Source: Microthyrium microscopicum (Eukaryota). Taken from it: a stretch of 64,000 nt of DNA. The notes below the pieces were generated by a model. The model was not told where the DNA came from. It worked only from the letters and a program-made list of their open reading frames with translations, and did not search any database. The stretch covers positions 806,001 through 870,000 of the forward strand of contig MU004239.1 in the NCBI GenBank assembly GCA_010405405.1, given 5' to 3'. A program made the position numbers and the translations under genes. Position 1 is the stretch's first letter. Every line of letters begins with the position of its first letter. This document shows, piece by piece, positions 25,909 through 39,779 of the stretch.

Positions 25909-28900
25909 GTGGAGAAGAAAGACGAAGGACAAAAGTGAAATTCAAGGATGAAAGGAACTGTCACCGTAGCTTATAAAAGGCGAAAATGCAAGGCATCAAG
26001 ACAGTAACAATTATGGATGCTGTGTGATCCGGTTTCATGTGTTGTGTGTGCATTCTGTATCATTCCACAACCCACATGGACAGTACACTTACAAGTATTG
26101 AGAAAACGTGTATGAAATGTGTAAGTTTACCTAGGTACAAGAGATTGAATTGTCATAGCTTTGTCTCTTCCAGCCAGTCGAAACCAGTATAAACGACTTC
26201 CTGTTTTCTATCCCAAGCAAGGCCATCTGATCATTCGTTTCTTGCAACTCATTACAGTCCAAAAAGAGACAAAGACCTGTTGCCATACAGATTGTGTATA
26301 TTATACGAACACGTTCTGATCTAAAAGGCAAGAAATTATCATTCGCATCATTAGCCAAGATATTTAGAGTATAGAAATTATCGGTGGGCTCATCAATTTT
26401 TCATGAACAAGCTGAACCCGACAATGCTAGTCGAATTCCCATAGATTATGAAAGGAGCTCTAGACAGTGATGATATCCTGTGACAAGACACTTAAACTTC
26501 TCAACCACTCTCGCTTCCGAAAGTATGGACGCGGCGGAGCAAGCAATCAGTACGGCGGTCGTAACGATTTCTCCTCAGCAGGCCAGAGTAGCAAAAGTCA
26601 CAACCAGCCAACTTACCAGAGTCCACAGCAAAATCGCGCAAAAGATCAAGACAAGAGTCATGTGACTTCAAGTCTCGCGTACCGCGGTCAAAGAGCAATA
26701 GAGGTTGACACCAAAGAATGTCTCCAGAATTCAGGTATCAGCCGGGATGGGCGACCAGTAGCACAGATGGTAGTCTCGATCATCTTGATGGTTTAGAGAA
26801 GGGTGCTTGTAGGGCTCGAGAACCTTAACATCGAGATGAATAGGATGCCTTTTTAGAATCTGTACAGCAAGAGTCTGGTGTTCGGTATTGATCTGTTATG
26901 CATTTCTGTCTAAGCCTACAGCTGACAATGAGAGACTTACAGAATTTGGCGGCCACAGCTTGGAATTTAAGGAGTACAAGATGGTAAATAATGATACAAG
27001 AAAGACTAGACTCGTAGAAATGCAGTAATTGTCATCTCATTCATGAATCAGGAAATACTTGAGTTCCAATGTCTAACCGTGCGGTAGCAAACTCAATATA
27101 GCAACTGTAAGAGGCAAATAGAACATTCCTATCATTGCATGTGTCCATAATAGCAGTTCTCCTTAACAAACCAGAAACGAATAAGGAATATGCTGAAAGA
27201 ATTAAGTATTCAAGTCTTTGAACTAGACATGAAGCACAAATACTAGAAGAGGAATATGAAAGGCTGACATCGCCCGGCTATCAGTCTGAACGTACAACTC
27301 CGTAGTTTCTTTTGCGACGTGATAAGATACAGCTTTTGAAGTTATGTTTTTCTTGCGCAGAAGATGAATCTTCATTTAAGTTTCGATTTTGGCAGTATAA
27401 AGACAGTGGTGATATCGCCATAATACCATCTATCTTTCCTTGATATTCATTGGCTTCCTTGTTTGCTTCGACTGGAGTAGAAATTAATCAGCTTCGGATG
27501 GGAACGGGAATATTTACTGTCTGATCAGCCCTCCTCCAGGTGATTCAACTGTTGTTGAGGATGTAGATGCCAAACCACAGATGGCGCTTATTGCTGATGT
27601 ATTTCCCCATTTTGCTCATCATACCAAATCTTGATAAAGACCTAAACAACCTTCCAAAGCAATCTCATGCTAAGTTTTGAGATGGAAATCAATCAAGAGC
27701 AAAAGATAGAACAGCAATTGTTAGCCTGCATGCTAACAAGCCGTACCAAGACAGATCCTTTCTTATATTGAAGCTGCTTACCAAGTCATTCCAATTTCTG
27801 CTTTGTCAAGCCTCCAGAAGTTGTTCATACAACCTTTGAAGAACATATGTTGATTCACTAAAGGAAGGTCCATCACTTTATACCTAATGATAGCTTGCAT
27901 AATCGATGCGTTAAGTGCCAGAACGAAGGTATACCATTCTCCACCCTGTAACCACGAACTGAAGTTATACAGATAAAAAATTGCTCCTGATTCTTGTCAA
28001 GATATCGAGCTTGATGATAAGAACAGAGTTTAGATGAGTCTGAGCTGTGTCTACCTGTCATGACTTACAGCATAGAACGGATTGTCAAAAGACGTAATTG
28101 GGGCTGCTTCCTCACTCTAATTTCATAGCAGTGATAGCGACATAGCTCGATTTCTGACGGCCTGAAAGTAAACATCTTGGAGGCAAACTGGAACCAAATG
28201 CTTAAGGAAAGAGCAAGATTCGACATGCTAGTCAATCAGCTCTAAATGCCCGCAAACATTGGGTCCTAGTGGAATACAATGAAGGATCTATGGTATTCCA
28301 TGCTCTTGCACTAGAACAACTACACCCACCACCCATCCCGCATGAAATCAGGAACCAGTAAAATCCATGAGACAATCATCGGCAGCAGAATACGACAACG
28401 AGGTCTATAGGTTACATTTACAGGGCAACCCAGCAAGTCAAGCGATTCAATCATCAGCAATAGAGCCTCTTCTTCGAAACTTGCCGTGCTTGCTGACGAC
28501 AATGATCTTCCATAATCCCTAACCAGCGTTACGTATCGTCCCTCAGGCATTGTGTAACGACATTATCCGTGGGACTACAAGCAAGCAATAATGCCCAAGC
28601 GCGTCGATCCTACAAAGGTACGATGCCCTTGATCCTGGTGTACAATCATTCTCATTAACGTTGCAGGACCAGGGTAAACTAGATCCTGACTACACTTGAT
28701 CCTATAATGCTGATATCCTATAAACGTAGGTGTTTCTGCTGCGAATAGGTGTGATAATGAGTATAATTGTACTATTGGGAGTTGTGCGGTTGATAGTGCC
28801 TGGCGGAGAATTAAACCATGCGAATTTATCACAGCAACCAATTTCACGAAACATTTCGGTTGCTGATCACGGAAGAGAACTAGTTGCGTATGACGTTCTC

Positions 28901-30111
28901 TTCTTTCTCGTAAATCGAGGTTCTCCCCTGCTCAGCTATCGGGATTGATTGCAAAACATTCTAACCCGAAGATGTCTAGAAATTGTGTAACTACTCCTCA
29001 TTCTGACAGCTGTTATTCCGCACTGATTGGCAGTTGGATCCAATTGTGCTACTATAGAAGAGAGGATATCCATGTTTCAACCCGGTATCATGAATCTTTG
29101 GATGTCTGTCTTGGTCTCCAACTTTCAGATTCACTGACGATTATCTTGAAAGTGTGGTACGCCCCTGAAGTTTGCTGGAGTGATCAGGAGGTGTTTCAAG
29201 CTTGTACAATTGGACTTTTAACGTATTGTCCATTTGCCATCTGGAATGCGCTACATTAGGACTTGGATTTCTACCCAACAAAGCGTACTAAGTCGCATCA
29301 GAACAAAGTATATCATGCAGTGTTGTGGAGATTTCAATGGTACGGGAGCATGAAGAAGAACAAATCAAGTATGAACAACATCAGTATCAGAACATTCAGT
29401 TTGATATTGGAATGGTGATGCCCTTCAAAGTTCAAACGTTAAGTGGCGGATCCTAGTATATCCGGTAATATGAGTACTTTTACTACTAAAGTAAACAAGC
29501 AATGAGCCTCAGATGAGGTTCAGTCGAAACCAAACAGCTATGAATAGAATGATTGGCATGTTCTAGGTTTTGGTTGAATTGATCAATGGTTCGACCTGAC
29601 AAGCTGAAACTTATCTTCCGGAAACGTACAATGGGAAATCTCCAGTTGGCTGATCCTTTGCCGGTGCACCACTGTCAATTTGGTCCTTCTCAGTATCACA
29701 GTATCATGAAGTATTCTCGGTATCTGCCGCGCATTGCAATCTTTCAGAGTTCAAAGACTGGGATCTAAGAATATAAGTCACGATAGCGAAACATCCGTCT
29801 TGATAAACGTGCACTACGACAGATGCAAGGCTTAGGAGTAGCTTCACGTCAATTGGCCCAGAGGGCCCACATCGAACCGTTGAAGACTTTCATCCTCGTC
29901 TTTCGACCAAGAACCTGACCTCATCGAACAACAACCTGGTTCACTTCTCAGTGGGCTTGGACTGCTCAGTGGTCCCGACAGTTCGACTTGGGTCATCCAA
30001 CGGGACTAAAAAAAATAGACGAAGAGATGGCGTCGACGCCAGCGTAGATGCAAGCTTCGGGAGGCTGTCACGTCGAGGGGAAATTTGAGTGCTGCAGGCC
30101 GCTCAAAACCT

Positions 30112-31353
30112 GTTGAGAAATTTCCACATCCCCCCGTTTTGAGTCCCCCCGTGGCCCGCGTCCCCCCAAGCCACTCCAGGACCCCAAAATGGTCCGTTTC
30201 ACCCTTGCACGGCGTTTCCTTAGTAGCATAAAATCAAACCTCTTTAGGAATGGCTCTCTCTGGGCCGTCGCTGGGCTTCTATGGGTGTTTTCGGCTTCCA
30301 TATCTTATCGATAGGTAACTCTCAAAATTAACCAATTATGAGCAATAAAGATAAGATAAGATTGTCAAGTCTTAGCAACATGAGCGTCTTCTTCTTCTTA
30401 ATCTCGCGATGCTTCATCCTTAATCCTTCTCTTCACAACATCTACTTTCAACTGATCTACTTATATGCGCGTCCAAACGACGTCATCAAAAACTCGCTTG
30501 ATCTACTACCTCTTGATCTACTATCTCTTGATCTGTTATTAAATGTACGTTCGTTCATAATATTTGACCTCAAAAACTAATTTCAAGGCAAGCTAAACGT
30601 GTTCAAAAAACGCGTTCTCTCAGGTTAGTCTTTTCTAGTTTCGCCCAACAATAACGGATTTCAAGTCATTAGTTGTTGAGAAGTCTCCACATCCCCCCGT
30701 TTTGAGTCCCCCCGTGGCCCGCGTCCCCCCAAGCCACTCTAGGACCCCAACATGGTCCGTTTTACCCTTGCACGGCGTTTCCTTAGTAGCATGAAATTAA
30801 ACCTCTTCAGGAATGGCTCCCTTTGGGCCGTCGCTAGGCGTCCATGGGTATTTTTTAGAATAACTATTTAATCTCTTGCTTGAATGATAAGTAATCTTTA
30901 AATAAACCAATCATGAGCCGCAAAGATAAGATAAGATTATAAGTCTTAGTAACGTCTTCTTCTTAATCTCGCGATGCTTTATCTATAATCCTTTCTCTTC
31001 ACAACATCTACTTTTAACTTAATCTACTTATATGTGCGTCCATCCAAACAACGTCATTAACAACTCGCTTTGCAAGTCTAGATCTACCTCTCCTCTTCTT
31101 GTTACAAAAGGTATATCGTCAAACCAAACGATTGACCTCAAAAGCTGATTTTAAGACAAGCCAAACGCGTTTAAAAAGCGCGTTTTCTCAGGTTAGTCTT
31201 TTCCAGTTTTGCCCAACAACGATGGATTTCAAGTCATTAGTTTAGGTGCAGCTACCACCAAGGATTTAACTTTAGCGTCGGTTGAGGCGGATGGCTTGGG
31301 GGGTCGTGGAATCAGGGGGGACTCAAAACGGGGGGATGTGGAAACTTCACCTC
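30112..31353. mobile_element. Non-autonomous Mutator-like (MULE) element with internally duplicated left end
   Basis: ~60-bp imperfect TIRs (core TCCACATCCCCCCGTTTTGAGTCCCCCC) at 30112 and inverted ending at 31353; 9-bp direct repeat TCAAAACCT at 30103-30111 and 31354-31362; second left-TIR copy at 30675; no transposase. Confidence 0.88.
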
Positions 31354-34300
31354 TCAAAACCTTGCATCAGGCCAACACCAAGCCTATCTTAGACTCCAGA
31401 GGCGCTCGGCTCCTCAACCGCGCCCGTCAGCCTTCACCGGCGTGACGTCGAGTCGTCGAGACAAGATAAACCCCGATAGTCTGTAGCGGCTTGGAAGCGA
31501 AACAACTGCGATTCGTGGATCCCGCTTTTGCACGCTTCGCACTCAGTGCTTGGCAGGCAAATTCAACACTGGAGACGTGCGGTGGGTTCGCAGGTTGGTG
31601 TGAGCAGGAGAGCTGCTTTCAGATGGCGTCGAGAGGCTTGCAGGATTGAGGCTTGCAGACGAGCAGAAGGGGCGCTCGATCGAGGTTCGCCAGGATGCAG
31701 GTACGGTTTCGTTGGCACCAGTTTTGACAGTTTCTCCACCAGATGCGCGAGAGACGCGTGGGAATTGTTGATGGCCACTTTTTCTCCTCGATCGTGGTTT
31801 CTTGAACTACAGAAAACGTGAGAATTTGGGTCTTCTGGTAGACTACAGGGGCTAAATGTGCGCCTCAACCTTTTGACACTTGATTATCACGAGGTTACCA
31901 AGTAGATGGGGAAAAATTAGGTGAAATATGGCTATAAGGCTCGGATACCGGCAATGGCATTTCAAACCTTTTGCCCCTTCAAAAGCTAATAAATGATCAG
32001 TGCATTTTTTGATAACAATGAACCGCAATCTAGCCCCCAATTGATAAAATTCCATGCTCCACTTTGGCCTGTAACTTCCCATTATCATTGTCGAGGAGCG
32101 GTCCCTGCAATATTTCTCTCTTACCGCAAGATAAGTCACAGAGCCGATCTTGACTTGATAGAGAGCAAGAGAATGATGTTGCTGCATGGGTGGTACACAG
32201 GTCAATATCACTTGACAACTGAGTTTCTGCATGCTGTAGCACCTACTGCTCTTGTGCAGGATCCCCTGCTTTCTATTCTGCGTTGTACAGTACATACATG
32301 TATGGACTGAATGTTAGACCGAAGAACCCCGAAATCATCTTTTTTTGATTCGCGTGTCTTTTGATACAGACGAAGATCGATCAAACACAGCCAAGCGCCA
32401 AAGAATAGCGAACGATCTTCAATAACGAAAACGCATTGGCATAACGTGCACTGTGCCACTGACGAAACTGTCATAAATAGCCGTTTGTTCAAGAACCCCC
32501 AGAAGTTCATCAAACGTACCACAATGTTTCGGGCTATCGAGATCCAATAGCCAACAGCTTCGAATTTTTGTGTGACTAGGACGATTTAAATCTATTCTAT
32601 CAATTGTATGTCTGCATGATTTGGCAATGATGGAGGAAGGCAGTCTTCAATCTAGCATTCCATGGAAGTACAGAACAGCGGAAACTTCGTGATATCCCAA
32701 ATCTTCTGATTAATGCGGAAGCAAAAGAGTGCCAACCAGAGGGGACATTTAAGCTTTGTTCGCTGCACATGGGATGCTTGTCTATACGCGGAATAGGGGC
32801 TGTACTATCCCGCTTGGACCCAGGAAACCATCCTCCGACTGCGCGGTCCGCTTGGAGGTTTGGTGCGACTTTAAGCCCAGCTTTTGCAAGAATCTCAATC
32901 CCTGGTTTCCGGATTGTGCCCATGGGTAAAGTGGGCAGAGGCTCTGCTTGAAAAGCTGAAGGGTCTGCTCGTTGATGATTGTGGATGTGACTCAGGGAAG
33001 GACCGACTACTGGGAATTTCCAGCAGCAAGCTACATAAGCTTCTCAACATGAAATCTTCCAGGCTGCTAAAGTAAGCAAGTAAGTTGTGAGAGCAAAAGC
33101 ACACATGTCACAGTCAAAAGAGAGATCTTGAGGTGTGTAACCGTTATGAATCTGCTGCTTGGTCCCGCTCGGTTATCGTAGTCCCTGATTTGTCCAGTCC
33201 CAGAACCAAAGATATCAAATGGTCACACGCAAAGCTTGTCCATGCTACACATGTAGACTTGTTCGCTTTGGTTCCATTATTCATCAGCAGGCTTCCTAGT
33301 TTGAGATCAAGTCGAGAATTGACCACGAGATATCAGTACCAGTAGTCCAGTGCGGTACTAAGCTTCACATGAAAGTACATGGGATTTTGAAGCTCCGCAT
33401 TCTTGGAGATGATTGCTGCCACTGGCCGGTGCCACGATGGTGATTGCAGAGGCTCAAAGGCGGCGAGAACGGCAAAGGCGTCCATTCTCAAAACCCATGC
33501 AGCCATCCAGCGATCCAACCACTTACTCTTTAGGGCCTAGTAGTCGCACCGAAAAGCATCCTCCCCCGCAGGCAGCGCGGGATGAGGTCAGAGTCTAGAG
33601 AGTGCATCAAAAGGCTGGATTGAACAACTTCATTCCAGAATATCAGGTCGAGATGCTGGCTCTTGTCCCCCGCAAGTTGCATGAAAGGTGTGCATGGGTT
33701 GAATGACCTTCTTGGCCAGCGTCTGTCTGGTTTATGCGCGGACTAGCATTCGTCAAGAATCAGACCGCACTGCAGTTTGTCACAGAAGACATATGATTCA
33801 GAAGGGACTGTTGGTGAACCTTTAATGTTTGCGGCTGCACGAAACAACACATGTAAAAGTGCTTAATACATCTCCCCCTATCCATATTGATACGAACATC
33901 TGAATGCGACAAGTGCTTGACGATGAAGCAGATTGGGCCAGAAGGAGAAATTAAATCTTATGCAAGCCTGTCGTCAGAATGCCTTGCGGAACCATTGATC
34001 AAAGAATTGATAGAAAATAGGATCAACCAGCCTTCGAATTCATCATCTGCATCAACCAGTGAAATTGGCTCGGCACAGAAGCGGCCCTGATCCCTCAACA
34101 CAGGGACAGGCCTCTAAGAATCAAGATGCAAGATTCTGGAAAGACTGTGTGCATGTTAACTGATATCTTCAGCACAGCGTTGAACTGGCCGTGAGTGGAC
34201 GAAATCGTTATGCTGCTCGCGTATTGTGCCCAGGCATCCCAGGAAGCAGGTCATAGCAGAGAGTATAAATTTAGCTCTACCAAGTTGTGTGACCCACCAC

Positions 34301-37080
34301 CTCCGTGGTTCTAGCGTACAACCAGGTCAACCTACCCCCGTTGCTCGACACCAGGAACCTGGAACGGGACTAGGCTCGGAATGAATGAAAGGTGTACGGG
34401 GGGCAGGAAAGAGAAAGAAAGGGACGTGCTGTCGTTGGACTGAAGGTAATTTCGAGAAAGTGGTCCTGGACTCGCTCAGTCCTGAGTCGAGCGTCTAGCG
34501 TTTCAGGGGATGATGAGTTCACCGGCTGTCAAAGGAGCCGATTATTTTCATACACACTCACAGCGCTCTATTTTCAAGGTCCCACAAACACGTCGTCTCA
34601 CGCGAAGCTCCGTATCTTTGTCGTGAGAGAAGCAGAGGCCCAGCCAAATGGATGGATTGACGATTTGTATCATCGGTACCAAGATCTCCACATGCTGAAG
34701 GTATTACCCAGCAGGTTTTGGCAATTGGGTCGCCGCCCTTTTGGTTATGGAAATGTTCAGCTGCACTTGCTGGCCTTGCAGACTGCAGTATTGTCGTTGG
34801 GTTGATGGTCAGGGGGGCGATTGAATCTGTGTTGCGGTGTCGCCTCCAACTGCTTGTCTTTCTGATCTCTGAATTGTGAGCAGGACATGTCAGCTCGATG
34901 CGGGATTTGTTGGACACCAGACAAAAAGAAAATAAATCTCAGGCTCTTTGACCTTTCAGTGCTTGAGGGGGCCGGAGACTGACAATCACAGGGCGCTAGT
35001 GGCAGCAGCGGGAGATGTGCACCAATAATGAGTGCAAGCGCTGCGACACTCGGATCCATGGCTCTGGCCTGGTCCCCTGTTTGGTCTAACTTCAATGAAC
35101 CTCGTCCAGCCCAGTCCAAATCAAGTCCAGGTCAAAGTCCAAGTGTCCAGGTTGATGCCGTTGATGTACACTTTCCAGCACGAAGTTGCTCTGTTTTGCT
35201 GACTTTCAAGACTGGCTCTTCGATACCTCTGGTCTTGGACCAATCGCTCGTCGGATGGCCGCCGGACTAGCCAGGCTGATGTGCTCCATGGGTTGATGGG
35301 CACTGGGATATCGCATGCTTTGATCTTATCCTGGCCCTCCCTTTTTTTATGATTCCCCAGGCTCTTCGCGTCAACGAGCAGGGAGGGGGAACATTACGGC
35401 GGCCAAGAGGGAAATCTTTCAGTCAGCTCGCAGGCCTTTGCAGCAAGACGATTCAATGAAGGATCATCCGAGATTCCCATGGACTCCAATCTTGTCCACC
35501 GCTTTATGCGCTAAGCAGAATTTGCGGTATTGTTTCCCCCCACTCTGCTGCTTTGAATTAGTAAAGGTGAAGAGCAGGAGCGCAGAGAATGTTTCGACTT
35601 GTGCTTGGATAAATTTCCCAGAAACAGATCACAGACGGTTTTCAGAGTCGTCAAAGCTTTTCAGCGTGCTGGTTTGGTTGAGAATTGACAGCCTTGCACC
35701 TTGATAAGTTGATATTCACGCAAAAGGCCGTGCATCTAAACATCTGCTCGATCTTGGTCAACAATTGCTTCCTTCTCCTCTATCTCTCACTTCATTCTGC
35801 TTCTGTGGTTGTCGAGTTTCGTTCGTTGCTTCTTTGCCTGCCTGCTCCATCCATTTGCTCAGTCCCCTTAATGCTCAGTGCTGCCGTTGCCCAACTTGAG
35901 AATCGTCATCCATCACCGTTCTGCTCTTCGCCAGTCATCGTGCTAGCTTTCAAGAGAGCACATCCCCGTAATCAGTAGTTCCACACACCCTGGACATCTC
36001 GAACCTGCAGCCTGTGCCAAAGGTGGTCCCCGGTTTGCCTAGTCGATCTGGATCCTCCTTAAGGAGCTTTGATCGCTCTCTCGCGCCAGCCGAAAAGCCA
36101 CGCGCCCCTTTAAAGCACGCCTCGCTGTACTCCCCTACATAACTCTAAGCGTTATCCTGCTGGCCGCAGACAAAGAAGAAGTCTCCTTTCAGCCTCCGTT
36201 TCCGCCTCCCGCCACTAGGCAGAGTCACTTTCAGATCGCCCAAAACTCCACATCCTCCTCGCTTCAAGTGTTGCTTTCTCTCCAAACTGCTACACCACCA
36301 CGAGACCGTCTCAACGTCGTTCCTTATTCATTCGTTCTTTTAGGGTGCTGTGTCAACTGTTCTACAGTTCATCAGTCACGTCCATTCGTTTTCCTTGTCT
36401 CGAGTTTAATCCAGCTGGTTCGACGAACCCCGATTCTACACACAACTTCCAGGATAGGATTCAGAAAACGGCTTCGTCTCAGAAACATTCACCTCTCGAC
36501 AGTTCCACGCCTTCCAAATACCACTTCTTGCACAGCTTGTCATACCGAAACGGTTACACAACATTTTGATCGAGCCCAAATACCTGGTCGCGACTGTTGT
36601 AGTACTAATCCCGAGCACCGCGAAGCTTTGTAATACTCACTGGACATTGGTACCTGGTTTCTTGAACTTGGTACGGATAGGCAACCCGAGTACTATTTCG
36701 GAGCAGAATACATAGCGCCTGAACTCACGCGCTACTGATTTGTACGTTCCCATTGAATCAGTGTACAGGATTCTTTCACACCAGTGAAGAACTCAAGACT
36801 ATCGACTTTGTTAGCAGACCCCTTCTGACACATCCTTTCTTTTAGGGCATTAACTTGATCCGATCAGCGTATAAGTTCCGTTTGAAAAAAGAACTAGCTA
36901 TCCAGCTTGGCTTGTTCGAACATCACAAGTGCACTAACGTCACTGAAGACTAGCGAATCTTCAGTCGAACGTTTCTCACCACCAATTCTTTCTTTTACGG
37001 CCACCCGGCCTACTCACATAAAAACCGTCATCGTGGCTGCCGCAGTTGCTCACCCGGCCCATATACACTCTGGGTCGGAC

Positions 37081-38409
37081 ATGGGCGGTCCAGGCTTTGC
37101 ATCAAGAAGGCCAAACGCCTCGAGCCTTCCCACTTTTGAACTTCCACAACCACACTCTGGACAATCAAAATACCAGTACACAATATCTGCCAGTCAAGGT
37201 TCACAAACACCAGGAAGTTTGGCGAGCGTTGGAAATCTACTCACACCACCAAGCACTATTGGAGGTGAGGTGTCTCCTTCCCCAACTAGCAATGTCAACA
37301 CCACCTCTGGGCCTCCGCCACCTCTATATTCAAATGGCGGTTACTCATCATGGTCACCATCCCCGTCACAACATAACCATCAGCAAGCCTACTACACGCA
37401 TTCTGGACAAAATCAACAATTCCAACATTCCCGTGTTCCCTATTCTCCAGCAAATACAAACGTGCGGGTACGTCCTCACTCTCCTCAATCGACAGAAGGC
37501 GCACCAATGCAGTCACACTACGATCATCAAATTTTCTCATCTGGACCAATGACACCAGCGTCAATGACAACAATGGCTCCGCATTCCCAAGCGCCATCGC
37601 ACCACCATATGCAACAAGCCATTATGAGCTCTGCGTCTGTGTCCAGTGCCGGTAGCAATCCCTCGCCAGTGCATGCCCAAGAAGCTTTCCGTCCACCACC
37701 AACTCCTACATATTACTCCCAACAATCCACACCACAGCACTCACCATTCCCTTTCAGCACTGGACCAGGGCAACCTCAAATGACATTGAGCAGCACTGGA
37801 CCAATGGTGAACCGACCGCATATGTCTCCCGCCACAACAGGACCTATGCCATCACTTCCAGCACCAGCTGTCCAATCGCCAGCAGCCATGCAAGGACGAT
37901 TCGCTTCGTATGGCCCTGTTATGTCAAACATCCACAACCCCAATGGTCAGCCAATGCTCGTTGGTGCGCTTCCCCATGGAATGGTAGCAAATTTCAACAG
38001 CGGACACGCTGCGAATATGCAAACCATGTATGGTCCACCAACTCCACAGTCGCAGCCTCAGAACGACAGGCCATTCAAATGTGATCAGTGTCCTCAGAGC
38101 TTCAACCGCAACCATGACTTGAAGCGCCACAAGCGCATTCATCTGGCTGTGAAGCCATTCCCCTGCGGGTACTGTGAAAAGAGCTTCTCGAGAAAAGATG
38201 CCCTCAAGGTAAATACCACCAACACTCCCTCCCATTGAACATGACTAACCCGCTCCCAGCGCCACATGCTTGTGAAAGGATGCGGCAACAAGGCCGCCGC
38301 TGCCGAAGGGGCCGCTTCGAAAGACAGCGCCTCCGTCGAAGCATCTTCGCCCGACACAAAGACTGCCGCGCCCAGCGAGAGCGACGACGCCAAACCACAG
38401 TCGTCGTAG
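37081..38409 (+). CDS. C2H2 zinc-finger transcription factor (two C-terminal fingers, P/S/Q-rich N-terminus), ~425 aa
   Basis: RPFKCDQCPQSFNRNHDLKRHKRIH and KPFPCGYCEKSFSRKDALK/RHMLVKGC, joined across intron 38209-38259. Confidence 0.92.
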
Positions 38410-39779
38410 AGCGACTTGTTCCTTCCAAAACCTTAATGTCTGTATTCTGATGGCCTTTACCTAGTGCCACATATCTGTATCAATAGAAAAAACCGCCTTT
38501 GCTTTTCATCGGAGTTCACCTGGACACCCATTGGTTATTCACCAACAACGCCTTTTCTTTGCTACGGAACAACGATCGATTTGCACATGATTTGCAAGAA
38601 AACTCCCGCACCGCAATTGCATATTTCCTTTTGCTGTTTAGTCGACTCAAAAAATGGTACCAATGCGGCGTTTTTGTCCATTCACTGGATTGTTGTTTGT
38701 TGTCGAGCCAACAATTCCAGTTGTTCTTGCGATGCTGCTCTTTTCTTCTGTCAATTCTTCTTTTGTTGTTGGCCGAGGACGCCTTGATCGACTACTTTGA
38801 CGTTTCCCCCAGTGGCGCTTGCTCTGCTAGAGAGGGATAATGTGTGCATTTTGCTGCGAGTCGCATCGTGGTTGATAGGAACGGAGGGATGGGCATCGCT
38901 GGCACGGGCTTACCAGAACATGGAGCCATTCATCAACACAATCCGTCCACTTGAGAGCTATGGCTTCCCTTGGTTTCTTTGGAATGGGTTGCACTGTTGG
39001 TTGTTCAAACGTCGCTTCGCATTGTCCATCAGATGTTTGCTTCGCCGCGCTCTTGCCAGAGACTCTGTACAACTAGGCTCATTCCTGGTACGCATTGAAA
39101 CGCTTGTTGTTCTTGGGGAAATCGGGGGTAGTGTGTATGGAGTGGTCGTTGTTGTTGCTTGCGAATTGTTATTACTTTGTGAAAGGATTGGGCAGGAGGA
39201 AGGGTATTACGTGAATTATGCTTCTATACGCCATTAGCTCTTTTTATAAGCCATATTTGAAGGAATCCTCGAATTAATGGAAATTTTATCATGTTAAATC
39301 ACTTCATATCCAGTGCTCTTGACTCCAGTGCCTTTGAAGTCAGTGCTGTTGAATTCAGTGCTCTATGGTAGTGCTTCTAAGCGACAGACTGAGTGATTTG
39401 TATGGAGAAAGGAGCGCGCGCTACAAGTCAAGGGAGAGTATGATCGCCTTTGGTGCCTGATGTGTCCTCCTTGCCATCCCTTTATCTCGTCTCCTTGACC
39501 ACCACCAAGCCTTTCCCTCTGGCAATGAACAACCTTCGAGCAAGTGACTTTCTTGTACTTGATGTTGAATGCTATTGAACGCTGAAATGGCAAAGAGTTG
39601 CTGACGCCTGGTTCTGGATACACACGGGTACCAGGGCGGGCCGGGCGAACACAAACGCGTTCGCGTTACCCAACTTCTTTGACCTCCCTCTCTGCACTTC
39701 ACTGCAAGGTATGAACCTTTTTGATCGAAGACTGAGAATGGAAGGATCGTTCACTACGCAGGTCAATAGCCTACCTACA

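Noticed and set aside
37081..38409. Naming the C2H2 factor flbC, mtfA or similar
   Set aside because: The finger sequences lack the RPSSL-type signature I recall for those proteins; orthology cannot be assigned by eye.
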